Shown piece after piece: positions 1 to 10,467 of a stretch of 20,000 nucleotides of DNA. The notes under the pieces were generated by a model. The model saw only the letters and a list, made by a program, of their open reading frames with translations, did not search any database and was not told the origin of the DNA. How positions within the stretch are numbered: the first letter of the stretch is position 1; every line of letters starts with the position of its first letter. Where the stretch lies: contig NW_014569532.1 in assembly GCF_000743755.1 (NCBI RefSeq), forward strand, positions 59,899 through 79,898, written 5' to 3'. The position numbers and the translations under genes were made by a program. Source of the DNA: Blastocystis sp. subtype 4 (lineage: Eukaryota).

Positions 1-403
1 AGATTATGGTAATCTAAACTCAATAGAAATAGATTGGTTGTGTTTATACCAATGAGTTCATATAGAATTGAGAGAATGAGCAAGGAAACTCATAAACTGT
101 TGATAAACTATGAATCCCCGCGAAAGACGTTAACTGAGGTGGGTACATTAAAGCCTCAATTAGTATTGTTGAAACAATTGGTATTTCTTTAACAGATTTT
201 GATCAGGGAGATATTCAATATATAGAATAAACCTACCATAGGATGAGCACCTGGTATCTTCAACTATGAGATAATAATCTCGATTGGAGCTCCATTGAAT
301 TCTACGAAGGGTTTAGATTTAAAAATGAATTCATCAAGACAATGATATGTGTTTTGGGGTGTCAGATTGATGAACACTTATCTTGTTTTCATATGTCATA
401 TCA

Positions 404-3400
404 ATGAAAAGAAGTCAGAATTCTATCAATAATAGGTCAAAGTTACTCCTGTTGCTCCTTGTTGTGAGCAGCTGTTTTGCTGAAACTATTATTGAAAACG
501 AAGAAGTGAACGGATCTCTAGGTACTGGAGAGTCTGTTTCCTATGAACTATCAACCGTTATCGATTGGCGTTACTACGCGTTTATTGTGAAAGTATCTCT
601 GTAATCGTTCAAATTCCAAGTGATTAAATAGAGCTACAGGAAATGAAGGAGAAAGAGTTGCGACGTTGGTTCGTTCGTGTTCGGAAATTCAAATAGATGA
701 GTACATTGGATTATAATATATTCATTGGAAAGGTTTCTGTTCACAAATACGGTTCTAACCTTTTACAATGCAACCAGTATCTGTTATGGTTCCACAACAA
801 AATCAACAATTCAGAACACTTATTCTGACACAATCAGTTATTCTTTTAGGATTCAGCGTGTAGATGGTATGGATACTAGAGTTGTATAAGAGATAGATGC
901 TGCAACGCTGATTCCATCATCGGGAAAGTATAATGATACCATTGCAACATACTCAAACAATCATGTCCGTATTTACAAAGTCTATGTAAATTAAGATTGG
1001 TGTGATAACGACTAGATCACGGCAATTACTGATATGTGGTATCAAACCATGGGTATTGATGATTTGATTGTTGACTCGATCTATTTACAATTCGAAAGTG
1101 ATTCAGATCAGCCACTTGAAGTATATTGGAGTAAGAGTTCCCGCCCGTTTAATCGCCATCGGCTTCCCTTCTCACATGATGGTGACTGGTCGGTTATAAT
1201 CGATCATTCTTCTTCCTTTTTCTGTGAGAGTTGTGATGCATATGTTGGTATGCTGGATAGTCTTCATTCTAGATATTTGTTCATTCATCTGAACCTACCA
1301 ATTGTTTTCTTCATGTATCAATCAGTACTGAAATCCAAAGTAGATTCGATCACTTTATCTCATCGTTAGCATCAATTTATATTCATCCTGATGAAACGCT
1401 ATCCCTCTCTACTTCATCAAGTGATGTTGTTACACCAACCTCTGTAACAGATCTGAAAGTTTGGGGTGTTTTGGAATCCAATTCCTACCAGGATTACTAT
1501 GTTCTTCTGGACTGTTCCTCTTTTGTCTATTATGAATCACTACAGATTACTGTACAGTTTACCAATGCCACGCAACCTCTCTATTTTGACATAGGCAAAA
1601 ATACCCTCCAAATTGGTGATTCCAATTATACTCATATTATTGGATCAGAACACAATGTTTCGTTTTATCTGGATAAGGATGATGACTTACGTTCTATTGC
1701 TGGAGCAATTTATCTTCGGGTTGGAGTGCCTTGTACACTCTGCTCAGGCAATATTACAGTAACTCGAGTTCATGACTGTTCATTTCATTTGTTAATCTCA
1801 TTTGTAGACGAAATCATCCCCTTGTACTATTCTCATGATTATTCTTGGAATTCCAAAAATCTTTCAACTGCTCAGTATTATGGTATTTGGGTTCCTGAGA
1901 AGGGAACTGAAAAACCTAAGAGCATTACCGTGAAATTGACGAATCTGACCTACTATTGGACTTCTGTGGTAGCATCTCCAATCACGATTCATTACATGTT
2001 TGGAGCCTCACTCGAGAATTTTAATCTTGTCGATAGTTCTGTGAATTCTAAGACGATTGTATACAGTCAGTATGCAACAATCCACATTGATTCTGTTGTA
2101 ACGGGGAAATGGCTTCTTATTGCAATCCGAACAGATCAAACAAGTTCAGGGATTATTTCTGGATTTGTTGAAATGGAGCCATATTTGGTCAATCCAGGAA
2201 CTCCGATGATAAGTGATCTCAATGCATATCAGACAGACTTCCGTTGTCATATCTTCTTGTATACCACAACTTATACTCCGATTACCGTGAGTGCTTCTGT
2301 TGATGCTAGTGATGTCTCTTTGTAGGATGAGGATATCTTGTAATAGATAGACGACTAATGATAGCAATTGACAATTATCCCACAGAGGAAGATTATGATT
2401 GGATCAGTGAAGGACAAAATAGTGTGAATATTACCATTTCCAGAAATCATCCCAAATATTGTGAGAAGTGTAGAATTGATTTTTCTTGTTTTATTTAGGT
2501 GTATATTATGTTATGCTTCATTTCCCTTCATCACAACCCTCTGGTGAGCATTCTCTTACTTTCCAATTCTTCTGTCCTACAGACACATGTTCGAAATGTC
2601 AGATTGGTCAGGATCCAGCTACCAACTGTGCAACATGTCTGTCAGAGTATTATGGTCCCAGTTGCACTCCATGTGGAGATTGTCATCATGGTCATTGTGA
2701 TGATGGCATACAGGGCTCAGGTGAGTGTACGTGTGACAGTGGCTACACACCGTATTCTAATTGCACGGAGTGTATGAAGGGATATTGGGGTGAGTCATGT
2801 TCTGCTTGCGAGAGTTGTAATGGCCATGGAGTCTGTAGTGATGGAAAGGAAGGAGACGGTAACTGTGTGTGTGAGGAAGGATACAATTCGGAGGGACGAT
2901 GTGGAGATTGTGTGAGTGGTCGTTGGGGAACGAAATGTCAGAGCAAATGTCCAGGAGAGAATGCAGACTGTGAGTATGAAGAGAGAGAGTAAGAGGTAGG
3001 TTCAGGTCATGGTGCTTGTGATGATGGAATGGAGGGTACGGGACGATGTACTTGTCAAGAAGGGTATGTAGGGTTATGTAATGAATGAGGGATTGAATCA
3101 TATGTAGTGTGTGATACACTTCAGGAGAATGATCGTTGTGTGCCTCGTTGTGTTCAGGGGAAAGGAGCTTGTGATGAGGGTATCTGTGTATACAAAGAAT
3201 ACTGAATAGAGAATGCTGTATGTGTATGTTTTGATGCCAATACTGGCCCTGATTGTGATTACAGTGCTTCAGAGAACTTCAGTTTGTATCTAATTTTGGG
3301 CCTCGTTGTTGTTGCTTCTTTTATCTCCTTCATTTTCATGTAGAAGTTGTGGAATCCATCAATTCTAGCATTTATGTGAAGATAAAAAGTAAGAAAGAAA

Positions 3401-3498
3401 AGAAAGTGTCACAAGAATACAAACGGATGACTGTGGACAAAGATCGACGGACAATATCCTGGCGAGCACCAAGCAATCAAATTAAAACTGCATATTAG
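404..3498 (+). CDS. Type I membrane protein with signal peptide, a long non-repetitive N-terminal ectodomain, multiple EGF/laminin-EGF-like Cys-rich repeats, one TM helix and a short cytoplasmic tail (12-13 introns)
   Basis: A continuous frame results after removing GT-AG introns 601-631, 701-732, 867-896, 986-1015, 1244-1272, 1340-1369, 2322-2350, 2470-2498, 2970-2999, 3078-3107, 3180-3209, 3340-3368 and a possible in-frame one at 1778-1807. Signal-like LLLLLLVVSSCFA; EGF repeats such as CHHGHCDDGIQGSGECTC and CNGHGVCSDGKEGDGNCVC; TM LYLILGLVVVASFISFIFIIYV followed by KIKSKKEKK; TAG at 3496-3498. The start codon is uncertain. Confidence 0.85.
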
Positions 3499-3503
3499 GA
3501 TTC

Positions 3504-3511
3504 TGTTTGCT
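3504..3511 (+). terminator. GU-rich poly(A)-positioning element (TGTTTGCT) of the EGF membrane protein gene
   Basis: One mismatch to TGTTTGTT, 5 nt after TAG 3496-3498; implies a 1-nt 3' UTR. Confidence 0.7.
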
Positions 3512-3538
3512 ATCTGAAAGAAAATATCAGAAACTAAG

Positions 3539-3546
3539 AACAAACA
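3539..3546 (-). terminator. GU-rich poly(A)-positioning element (TGTTTGTT) of IMP4
   Basis: Perfect TGTTTGTT on the minus strand, 4 nt (GGAT) after an in-frame T at 3551. Confidence 0.85.
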
Positions 3547-3550
3547 ATCC

Positions 3551-4546
3551 AATCATCGGATAATAACTTCCGCTTCTTGCTAGAATTCGTATACTGATGA
3601 AGGACCCATTCATTCTCAGCTTCTTCTTGATCAACTGTACCCAAACGTAACTGATAAGGTCGCAATTCGAATCGTGGTCCCACCTCACTTAAGGCAACTG
3701 TTTTGTGATCCTCTTTCGTATATGTATGATGTCGGAAGGAAATAAAATCCCTACATCACACAAACACAGCATCATTACCCCTGATTTGCAAATGTCATAA
3801 TTCGTTTGCTATCGGGCCGCGGGACAGGAAATAGATGTTTTAGTACATTTGTAAGTCGTTCTCCAAGTTTTGATGTCATGTTTGAGAAAATGAGATGCGG
3901 ATAGGCCTCACTCATCGTGCCCACATTCTCAATATCGTGACGCATTACGGTATTCGTAATATTGAAGAATGCAGTAGGCCCGTAGGGAAGATGACAGACA
4001 ATGAGAGTCGTTGGCTCACCACGGTGTTCATTAACAATAACAAGATCTGTATAATTATTTGCACGACATGCCTTCACCAACTATTCATCAGCCCTTCTCA
4101 CCAGTTCTCACTTCATCTAACTTTGAAGCACCTCGATTGATTCGTTGTGAATTTGGAATAATTAGTTTTATCTCCTTTATAAACTTCTTTAAACGAGAAC
4201 TGGGATCACGCGAGGTAGTAACACACACTTTCGGGTCTTCGATTCCAGCAGTTGCATATTCATCATCTACATGTGTCTAGGTCTCAAATAGCGTTCCAGA
4301 GACAATACTCGTAACTGTTTCGTTTGATCATCTTCCATATCAGCAGTATGCTTTAGCTGCTCGGCCTCATACCGCAATTCAGTTGGAACCTTCTTTCCAG
4401 CTACATCATCACCTCAACTCGGAAAAATACCTACCTGCTAATGCTTCTCGAATCTTCATCTTCTTCTCATACTCCTCCTTTTGTTTTCCTTCATGAGATT
4501 TGCGTAACAAATATTCTCGTCTTAATCGGATGTCTCGGCGAAGCAT
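3551..4546 (-). CDS. IMP4: U3 snoRNP protein IMP4 (Brix domain); stop codon predicted to be completed by polyadenylation
   Basis: [16 protein letters not shown] start; [56 protein letters not shown] and EWVLHQYTN motifs typical of IMP4. Introns 4401-4434, 4277-4308, 4081-4111, 3751-3778. The genomic read-through stop would be at 3534-3536. Confidence 0.95.
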
Positions 4547-4716
4547 TCTTCACTCCCTAATTTCAGCCACTGGTTTCGTTCCTAGGAAGAGAATTGTGGC
4601 CTCTTCACTAGTAGTGTGTAGTGGTTCTTGATAATCAAGCATAGTCATTATTCTGTATATTTCTAGGCATGCATAATGGGTGTCTACAAATAAGGTATGT
4701 AGTTAACACAATGTAC

Positions 4717-4724
4717 AACAAACA
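4717..4724 (-). terminator. GU-rich poly(A) element (TGTTTGTT) of the zinc-finger gene
   Basis: Perfect motif about 50 nt past TAA 4776-4778. Confidence 0.75.
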
Positions 4725-4775
4725 TCAAAATCTAATACAAACTAACTACCAAAATGAAGTGCTCACTATGCGCAC

Positions 4776-5310
4776 TTAGTAAGAATGACTATTCTCTGGA
4801 TTCCATAAGTTACGCTTTACAACATAGGAACGATGATACAGCACTTTGGCAAGATAAACGCTGGCATGTCTATCTCGACTGTTAACAACAGCATATCGTG
4901 GTGTAAGAAAGGGAAGAGACGCATAGTGGTTCACCTTGAGAACAGGACTCATCCGAGTGCTATCACTTTCCTCTTCCGTACTAGGCGATGAAGGCAAAGA
5001 CCGTGGAGACACACTTCCTCCATCAGGAATGATGTGTTCAGACACCTTGGGCTCCTTTTTAAGTGTTGTGTCTAAGCTTCTTGTATCGTAACCTTTATCA
5101 TCGTAGGGGTAACGCTCCAATTCATCCTTCTTTTCTATCAAATCAAAATACGCAGCCATTCGACCTACCATAGTACCGCCTCAATTGTCTATCTCTGCAC
5201 GTCTTACAAACTATGCAGTACCCGCTCTTTGTCCTGTTTATGAAGTCTTCAACAGGCATATTCTTTCGGCACTGTCTGCAATATCGTAGACTTGGTTCTT
5301 CAGTAGGCAT
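4776..5310 (-). CDS. Small hypothetical protein with an N-terminal CxxC...CxxC putative zinc finger and a Ser/Pro-rich middle
   Basis: MPTEEPSLRYCRQCRKN...CIVCKTCRDRQLRRYY is joined to EKKDELERY by a 34-nt GT-AG intron at 5135-5168; TAA at 4776-4778. Confidence 0.65.
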
Positions 5311-5684
5311 ACAAAATAGAGGAGAGAGACGCAAAGAAGCAGTTATATAATGACCTAAGAACTATCTCTTAACTTCTGAAACCGCTCATTTCCTCATATG
5401 ATTGGGCACACTATTGTTGTGTTTCCACTCTACAAATGATCGCTATGCAAGGTGCATAACGGTTCATAGTAGTTAATCTATTTGAATAGTCATCGTTAAT
5501 CCTTATATTAGAGTCTGGATCCCACTCAATATGATCTCACAGAAACTTTGCTAACCGAGGAACAAAAGTCAGAGAACACTATAAGCATTCTTTCTCGAAT
5601 TGAAGCAGTCATCCATCTCAGAGAATGGAGTGACATTTTTGTGTTGTAAAACACATTTTCTACTACTACTTGGATTGAATAATC

Positions 5685-6395
5685 ATGAACACTGAAAAAT
5701 ATGTTGATTCAATGAGAAAAGAGAATCAGAAGGCCTCTGAGTCTAAGAATAAACCCGTTTGTTATTGCTATTTGATTAATGACTAGATATCCCATAGAGA
5801 GTGGATTCACAAGTAGCATTGGTTCTCACGGTTCACCTTTAGGCTCGTCTATCGATTGAATGTATGTATATCTATTGCTATGATTGGCTTCTACATATGT
5901 GGTTATGCGTCCAACATGTGATATGTAGGTGTTCTCTATCTACTAAAAGATGATTTTGTGACTATGGCAACGTATCGTTATATTCCGGGAATGTTTAAGA
6001 GATATTGATGGATCATGTATAGGAGGCGTTCGTTGGGCATCTTTTCATTTTATACGATTTCCGATACGGATTTTACTGCGTTTGTTCTGTCATTACTCCT
6101 CATCAGCGTGTTTCTCTTTTCGGTTCGGTGGATTTGGAATGGATATCTTGTACCGTCCTCAATTATAAACTGGATGAGTTTGGAAGGTTGCTGCTACTAC
6201 TTAGAGAAGGTTTCTGTAGAATTGATGGTGGATGTTTACAAACAGAGCTATGGGTTTTCGTTTAAGTGCAGTTCGATGACAAATAATGTTCGGATGTATT
6301 GCTGCATCCTATTCATTCTCACTCTGATCCACTATTGCATTATGCATTTCATTCTTCCATCTTGGGTGCTTAAACGACCGATAAAAATAACTTGA
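5685..6395 (+). CDS. Hypothetical multi-pass membrane protein
   Basis: ATG 5685 and four successive 30-nt GT-AG introns (5757-5786, 5813-5842, 5899-5928, 5993-6022) give an open frame into ORF 6015..6395. It has hydrophobic segments (VCISIAMIGFYICVLYLL; YCCILFILTLIHYCIMHFIL). Further in-frame introns are possible. No family recognised. Confidence 0.6.
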
Positions 6396-6398
6396 TAC

Positions 6399-6406
6399 TG
6401 TTTGTA
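6399..6406 (+). terminator. GU-rich poly(A) element (TGTTTGTA) of the hypothetical membrane protein gene
   Basis: Starts 4 nt after the TG of TGA 6393-6395. Confidence 0.7.
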
Positions 6407-6410
6407 TCCG

Positions 6411-6418
6411 AACAAACT
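6411..6418 (-). terminator. GU-rich poly(A) element (AGTTTGTT) of the GT92 gene
   Basis: Exactly 4 nt after TGA 6423-6425 on the minus strand. Confidence 0.7.
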
Positions 6419-6422
6419 AGAG

Positions 6423-8336
6423 TCACATAGGATGCTTCATCCCCTCAAATACTATAGGATTCACTGCATAATTCTCTGATGGTTTTCGATGGAAGCCTAA
6501 TTTAAAGTGAAGCATTACCATATCCAGTTGTGGACTGATGAACAGAGATTCGGCATAGCTCACATGATGTACCTGAACATACGGAATTCTGCAAGGCCGA
6601 ACAATCTGCTTCCAACGGCCATCTCGAGTTACCCCTTTCCAACGAAGAGGACAAATTTCAAGAAGATTGTTCGTGAATTCCCAGAATTTGTAGGAATAAT
6701 TGCGACACGCATGGAAAGTATTGTACACACGAAATGCATTCACAGAGGGGAATTGGGAATCATATAAGTGAACAACATCACTTAACCTCCAATCTGGATT
6801 CTTTGTTAGCATGTACTCATCAACATCACTGTATAGTACAAAGTCACTTAAGAAGCGATAACGACGATTACAACTAATCAATGCTGAGGCCTGCTCATAC
6901 AGGTATTTATGGTGTGGGTATGTATATTCCACGACATTAAGCAAACCCTTTTCAATATATCGATGTAAATAGGAAATCCAAAAATCAGGTTTAGCATTTA
7001 AGTAGATGGTGAAGTGTTCCACTCCATGATAGTAATGATAGCGGATCCATGTAGATACTTGAGAAGGAGGAGAATGATCAATCACAGTACATGCGGAAAG
7101 ATAAAAGTGATGGTCGGTAAAGGACGGAATGAATGGAGGTGTTATGGAATAGTTATACTGTGTTTGCTGCGACTGGACGAAAAAAGTCCGATTTCTAACA
7201 TTACACATTCCCGAGAATATGAAAACCAAAAACAGAGTATGTTTATGGTTATCTTCCTTCATTCGATTGATGGTGGTAACATTCTCCATCAGCAAGGTGC
7301 CAAACCAGACATCAGTTAATGTAGCTCGAGTAGCCGATCTTCCCATCGTGCGGTACATATATTTCAAATTGAAGATCGTCTCTAAGATTAGAGACTGTCG
7401 TTCACAGTAGGTGAATGCATCCATCAGAAGAGGCTGAGAGTGAGTACTGTTGACATTCGAGATGGAATAGAATGCAGAGCGAGGAGTGGAATCAAAAGGA
7501 AGACGGTGAGCCAACTCTCCCGAGTTATACTAGGGATGATGGAACAGTCGATACAATACTCTCATATTGAGTTGCCTCCAGTCAGCTTTGGGTGGAGGTA
7601 CGGAGCGAGCTGCCTTAAGAAGAGCGAGCTGTCTGTCAGTAAGTTTGATGACTCCTCTGTGCCTATAACTTGCTGGAATACCAGCAAAGGGACATGATGA
7701 GTTGGTTAGTGTGCTTTCTTTCTCCTCTTTGAGAATGGGGTTTTCCGTAGTCTCCCAAGACTGTTCTTCAGACTCAGTCTGCCATGGTTCTGATGAGGAT
7801 ACTTGTGTAGTTCCTTGCTGAGATTCCTGCAAAGGTATTGTTGTTAGGGGTTGCTTCAATACCTCATTCACATGAATACTCTCTTCACAAATTATTGTGT
7901 TATTCTTCTCGATTCGTTTCTCTGTTAGTTCTACACGCATTGTGGGGTCCCAGTTGAAAAGGGGTCCCATGGAAGTACTAGCAACTGAAATAGGAGAAGT
8001 CGGAGGTAAGTGCTCGATCTTCTCTTCGATATTGTTCTTTGCAACATACCACATTTTATTGGTGTATTCATACTCAGTTTCGTCTTGTTTTTGAATTGTT
8101 TCTTTGGATTTTTGTACAACACTGGATGGTAGCGATGGAATGATCATTATCGAAAACACATCTTCTTGGACCCCATATGTTGACGAATTATCTAGATAGG
8201 AACGGAAAATCAGTTCTTACACTGAACAGAGAGACTCTGCTCGATAACAACAACAAAGACAATTACGACCAGAAGTGATAATCCCTATTATTTGATAACA
8301 CGTCAACTATTCTACAATGATGTGACTACACTTCAT
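6423..8336 (-). CDS. Glycosyltransferase family 92 (DUF23)-like type II membrane protein with a Ser/Thr/Glu-rich stem
   Basis: MKCSHII-GLSLLVVIVFVVVI signal anchor after introns 8285-8315 and 8192-8220. A 30-nt intron at 7530-7559 removes the in-frame TAG between the two ORF-track pieces. C-terminal LSACT...WIRYHYYHGVEHFTIY...QASALISC...SDVDEY (DxD)...VHH pattern of GT92/GT-A enzymes. Confidence 0.8.
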
Positions 8337-8378
8337 TGGTCATAACAATGTAATTGCTGGTTGGGTTCTTTTCTGTTT

Positions 8379-8386
8379 AATAAACA
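8379..8386 (-). terminator. Probable GU-rich poly(A) element (TGTTTATT) of the sorting nexin gene
   Basis: One mismatch to the consensus, 31 nt past TAA 8418-8420. Confidence 0.5.
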
Positions 8387-8417
8387 CGTCACAATACAAA
8401 GCAATCTTGTAAAGTAC

Positions 8418-10467
8418 TTACATAGCAGCATAATCAGAATCTGAATCGCTATCAGAATCCTCCTTCACCTTCTTCTTTCCAGCCTTCTTCACGGGCTTCT
8501 TCGCGGGCTTCTTGCTCTTCTTCTTCTTTGCATCTGAATCAGATGAATCAGAATCACTATCAGAATCACTGTCATCAGAATCACTATCATCATCCGAATC
8601 GGAATCTGAGTCATCAGAATCATCATCTGACTCACTATCAGAACTTGACTCCTTCTTAGCAGCCTTCTTTCCCTTCTTCACAGGCTTGCGGTCGCTATCT
8701 GAATCTGAATCACTGTCTGAATCGGATTCATTCTCACTGTCTGAATCCTCACGAATCGGAGATTCATCCTGCTCCATATTCTCCAATGCCTCCAAAGCAG
8801 CCTCATATGCAGCAATCTCATCCACATATCCCTTCAGACGTAGATTGCTATCACGAATATCCTCAGCTGTGTATCCCAGGAGATTGATAAGAGAAGCACA
8901 CTTGTTCTGCATCTCCTCATAGTACTCCACACGCTGAACACCATACTTGGCCAGACTCAACACACCCTGCTTCACACGATCTGTCTGGAACTCTACCACT
9001 CCATCCTTCACACCTTGCAGTACTTCCTCACACGACTTCTCCTTCGCTTCCTTCTTCTCTTTGGCCTTCTCCACGGCCTCCTTTGCCTTCTTCACAGCTT
9101 TCTTGCCCTCAGCCTTAGCCTCATGCACCTTATCCTTCGCCTTCTCGATTGCCACCTCCAACTTCTCCACCTCCTTCATGCAACGATCTCTGTTGTGAAT
9201 AACCTGGCAGACAGAGAGAGCCTTACCACTAAAGCTACGCATGTCCGTCACCATACCCTCATTCTGAGCATTGCTATCCAGTCGGATGAAATCTCCCATC
9301 TCCTTCAGATTATCTGACACCTTGGTATAATAGTCCAGAGCATCCACATCCTCGAAAGTACGAGCCACCATCACGAAGTTCGTGAAGTAACCAGCCATGT
9401 TAACAAAGGCCTTAGCCTCTGAAGCCTGAGACTGGACCATCTTCTCCTCAGCAGCAATCACCTTCTTCATTTGCTCTGAGTACTTCACCAAATTGTACTC
9501 CACATCACCAAACTCTGTAGTCTGATCCACAAGGTCCATTGCATTACCGGTGGTCGTCTCAATCACCTTGCTCACACCAGTACGAGTAGCAGCCACAGCC
9601 TTATTCACCATATCAGTCAAAGCACCATCACCACAAGGCATCACACTACGAGCAGCACTCATTCCCTCACTCGATGCTGTCAGGAACACTTGCACATCAT
9701 AAGTCACTGCGAATGCAGGATCTCTTGTCACCTCGTCCAGGAACTTCTGAAGACCCAGACGACGACCCTCAACAAAGTCCTTATCGAATCGGTTTCGAGC
9801 CTGCTTCTCAGGAATAGGAGGAATCACACGGCCAGGGAATGTACGAGTGAGACGGTTGTACAACCACTCAAAGTCAGAATAACGACGATTGATCTTCAGA
9901 TCCGAGGCAGGGTAATTGTCCATCGTAGTCTTCACAGTAATAGCGTACTCTGTATGCTTATTCAACACACTTCCCACAGTATGAGGCTTTGCCACACTGG
10001 TCTCGAAGGTATTGGGACCGTTAGGAAGAGTCAAATCCTCTGAATAGGTACTGTCGGTGCCCAAATTGAAGTCTGGAAGCTCATAGTCTTCATTGGCAAT
10101 GGCCTTAATAGAAGGCTCGCCCTCCTGCTGAGCACAAGCAACAAGCAAACAGGCAACCATCCAGCCATTACGAGAAAGGGTAGGCTTGTTCTTTCCATTG
10201 CCAGCAAGCTTCCAAATCTCACCCAACACATCGTTATCCAGTCCGGATCTACGCAAGAACTGAGCACCTTCCTTTCCGTCCACCTACAAGATTACACAAA
10301 GAATCAAAACAAACTCTATCATCACCGTCATAATCAATCATATCGAACAATTTGTTGAAGAAAACAACTTCCTTGCCCGATACATGCACTGTCTTCTTCT
10401 TCATAGGAATGTCGACACCTCCTTGGTCGATATTCAACTTGCTGAGAATATTTGAGAATTGACTCAT
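8418..10467 (-). CDS. Sorting nexin-like protein: N-terminal EH domain, PX domain, BAR/coiled coil and acidic Ser/Asp plus Lys-rich tail
   Basis: EH: FNKLFDMIDYDGDDRVDGKEGAQFLRRSGLDNDVLGEIWKLA. PX: HTEYAITVKT...RRYSDFEWLYNRL...IPPIPEK...RRLGLQKFL. A helical Vps5/BAR-like region follows. Single intron 10284-10314 (31 nt). Confidence 0.88.
8430..8770 (-). repeat. Low-complexity coding repeat of (SD)n blocks alternating with Lys-rich blocks in the sorting nexin tail
   Basis: Translation SDSDSDSDSD...KKGKKAAKK...DSDSDSDS...KKKKSKKPAKKPVKK; degenerate hexamer periodicity in the DNA. Confidence 0.85.

Noticed and set aside
1..380. Possible gene fragment at the window start
   Set aside because: Only short ORFs (for example 46 aa from ATG 52); no consistent splice model or recognisable domain on either strand.
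5400..5650. Stop-free stretch of about 45 codons (5512-5649) upstream of the 5685 gene
   Set aside because: No convincing start or splice connection and no GU element; left unannotated.
7530..7532. In-frame TAG between two same-frame ORFs of the GT92 gene, suggesting read-through, recoding or a pseudogene
   Set aside because: The TAG is the acceptor of a clean 30-nt GT-AG intron (7530-7559).
8512..10043. Plus-strand ORFs 8512..8922, 8947..9198, 9015..9317 and 9690..10043
   Set aside because: Antisense shadows of the codon-biased, low-complexity sorting nexin CDS.
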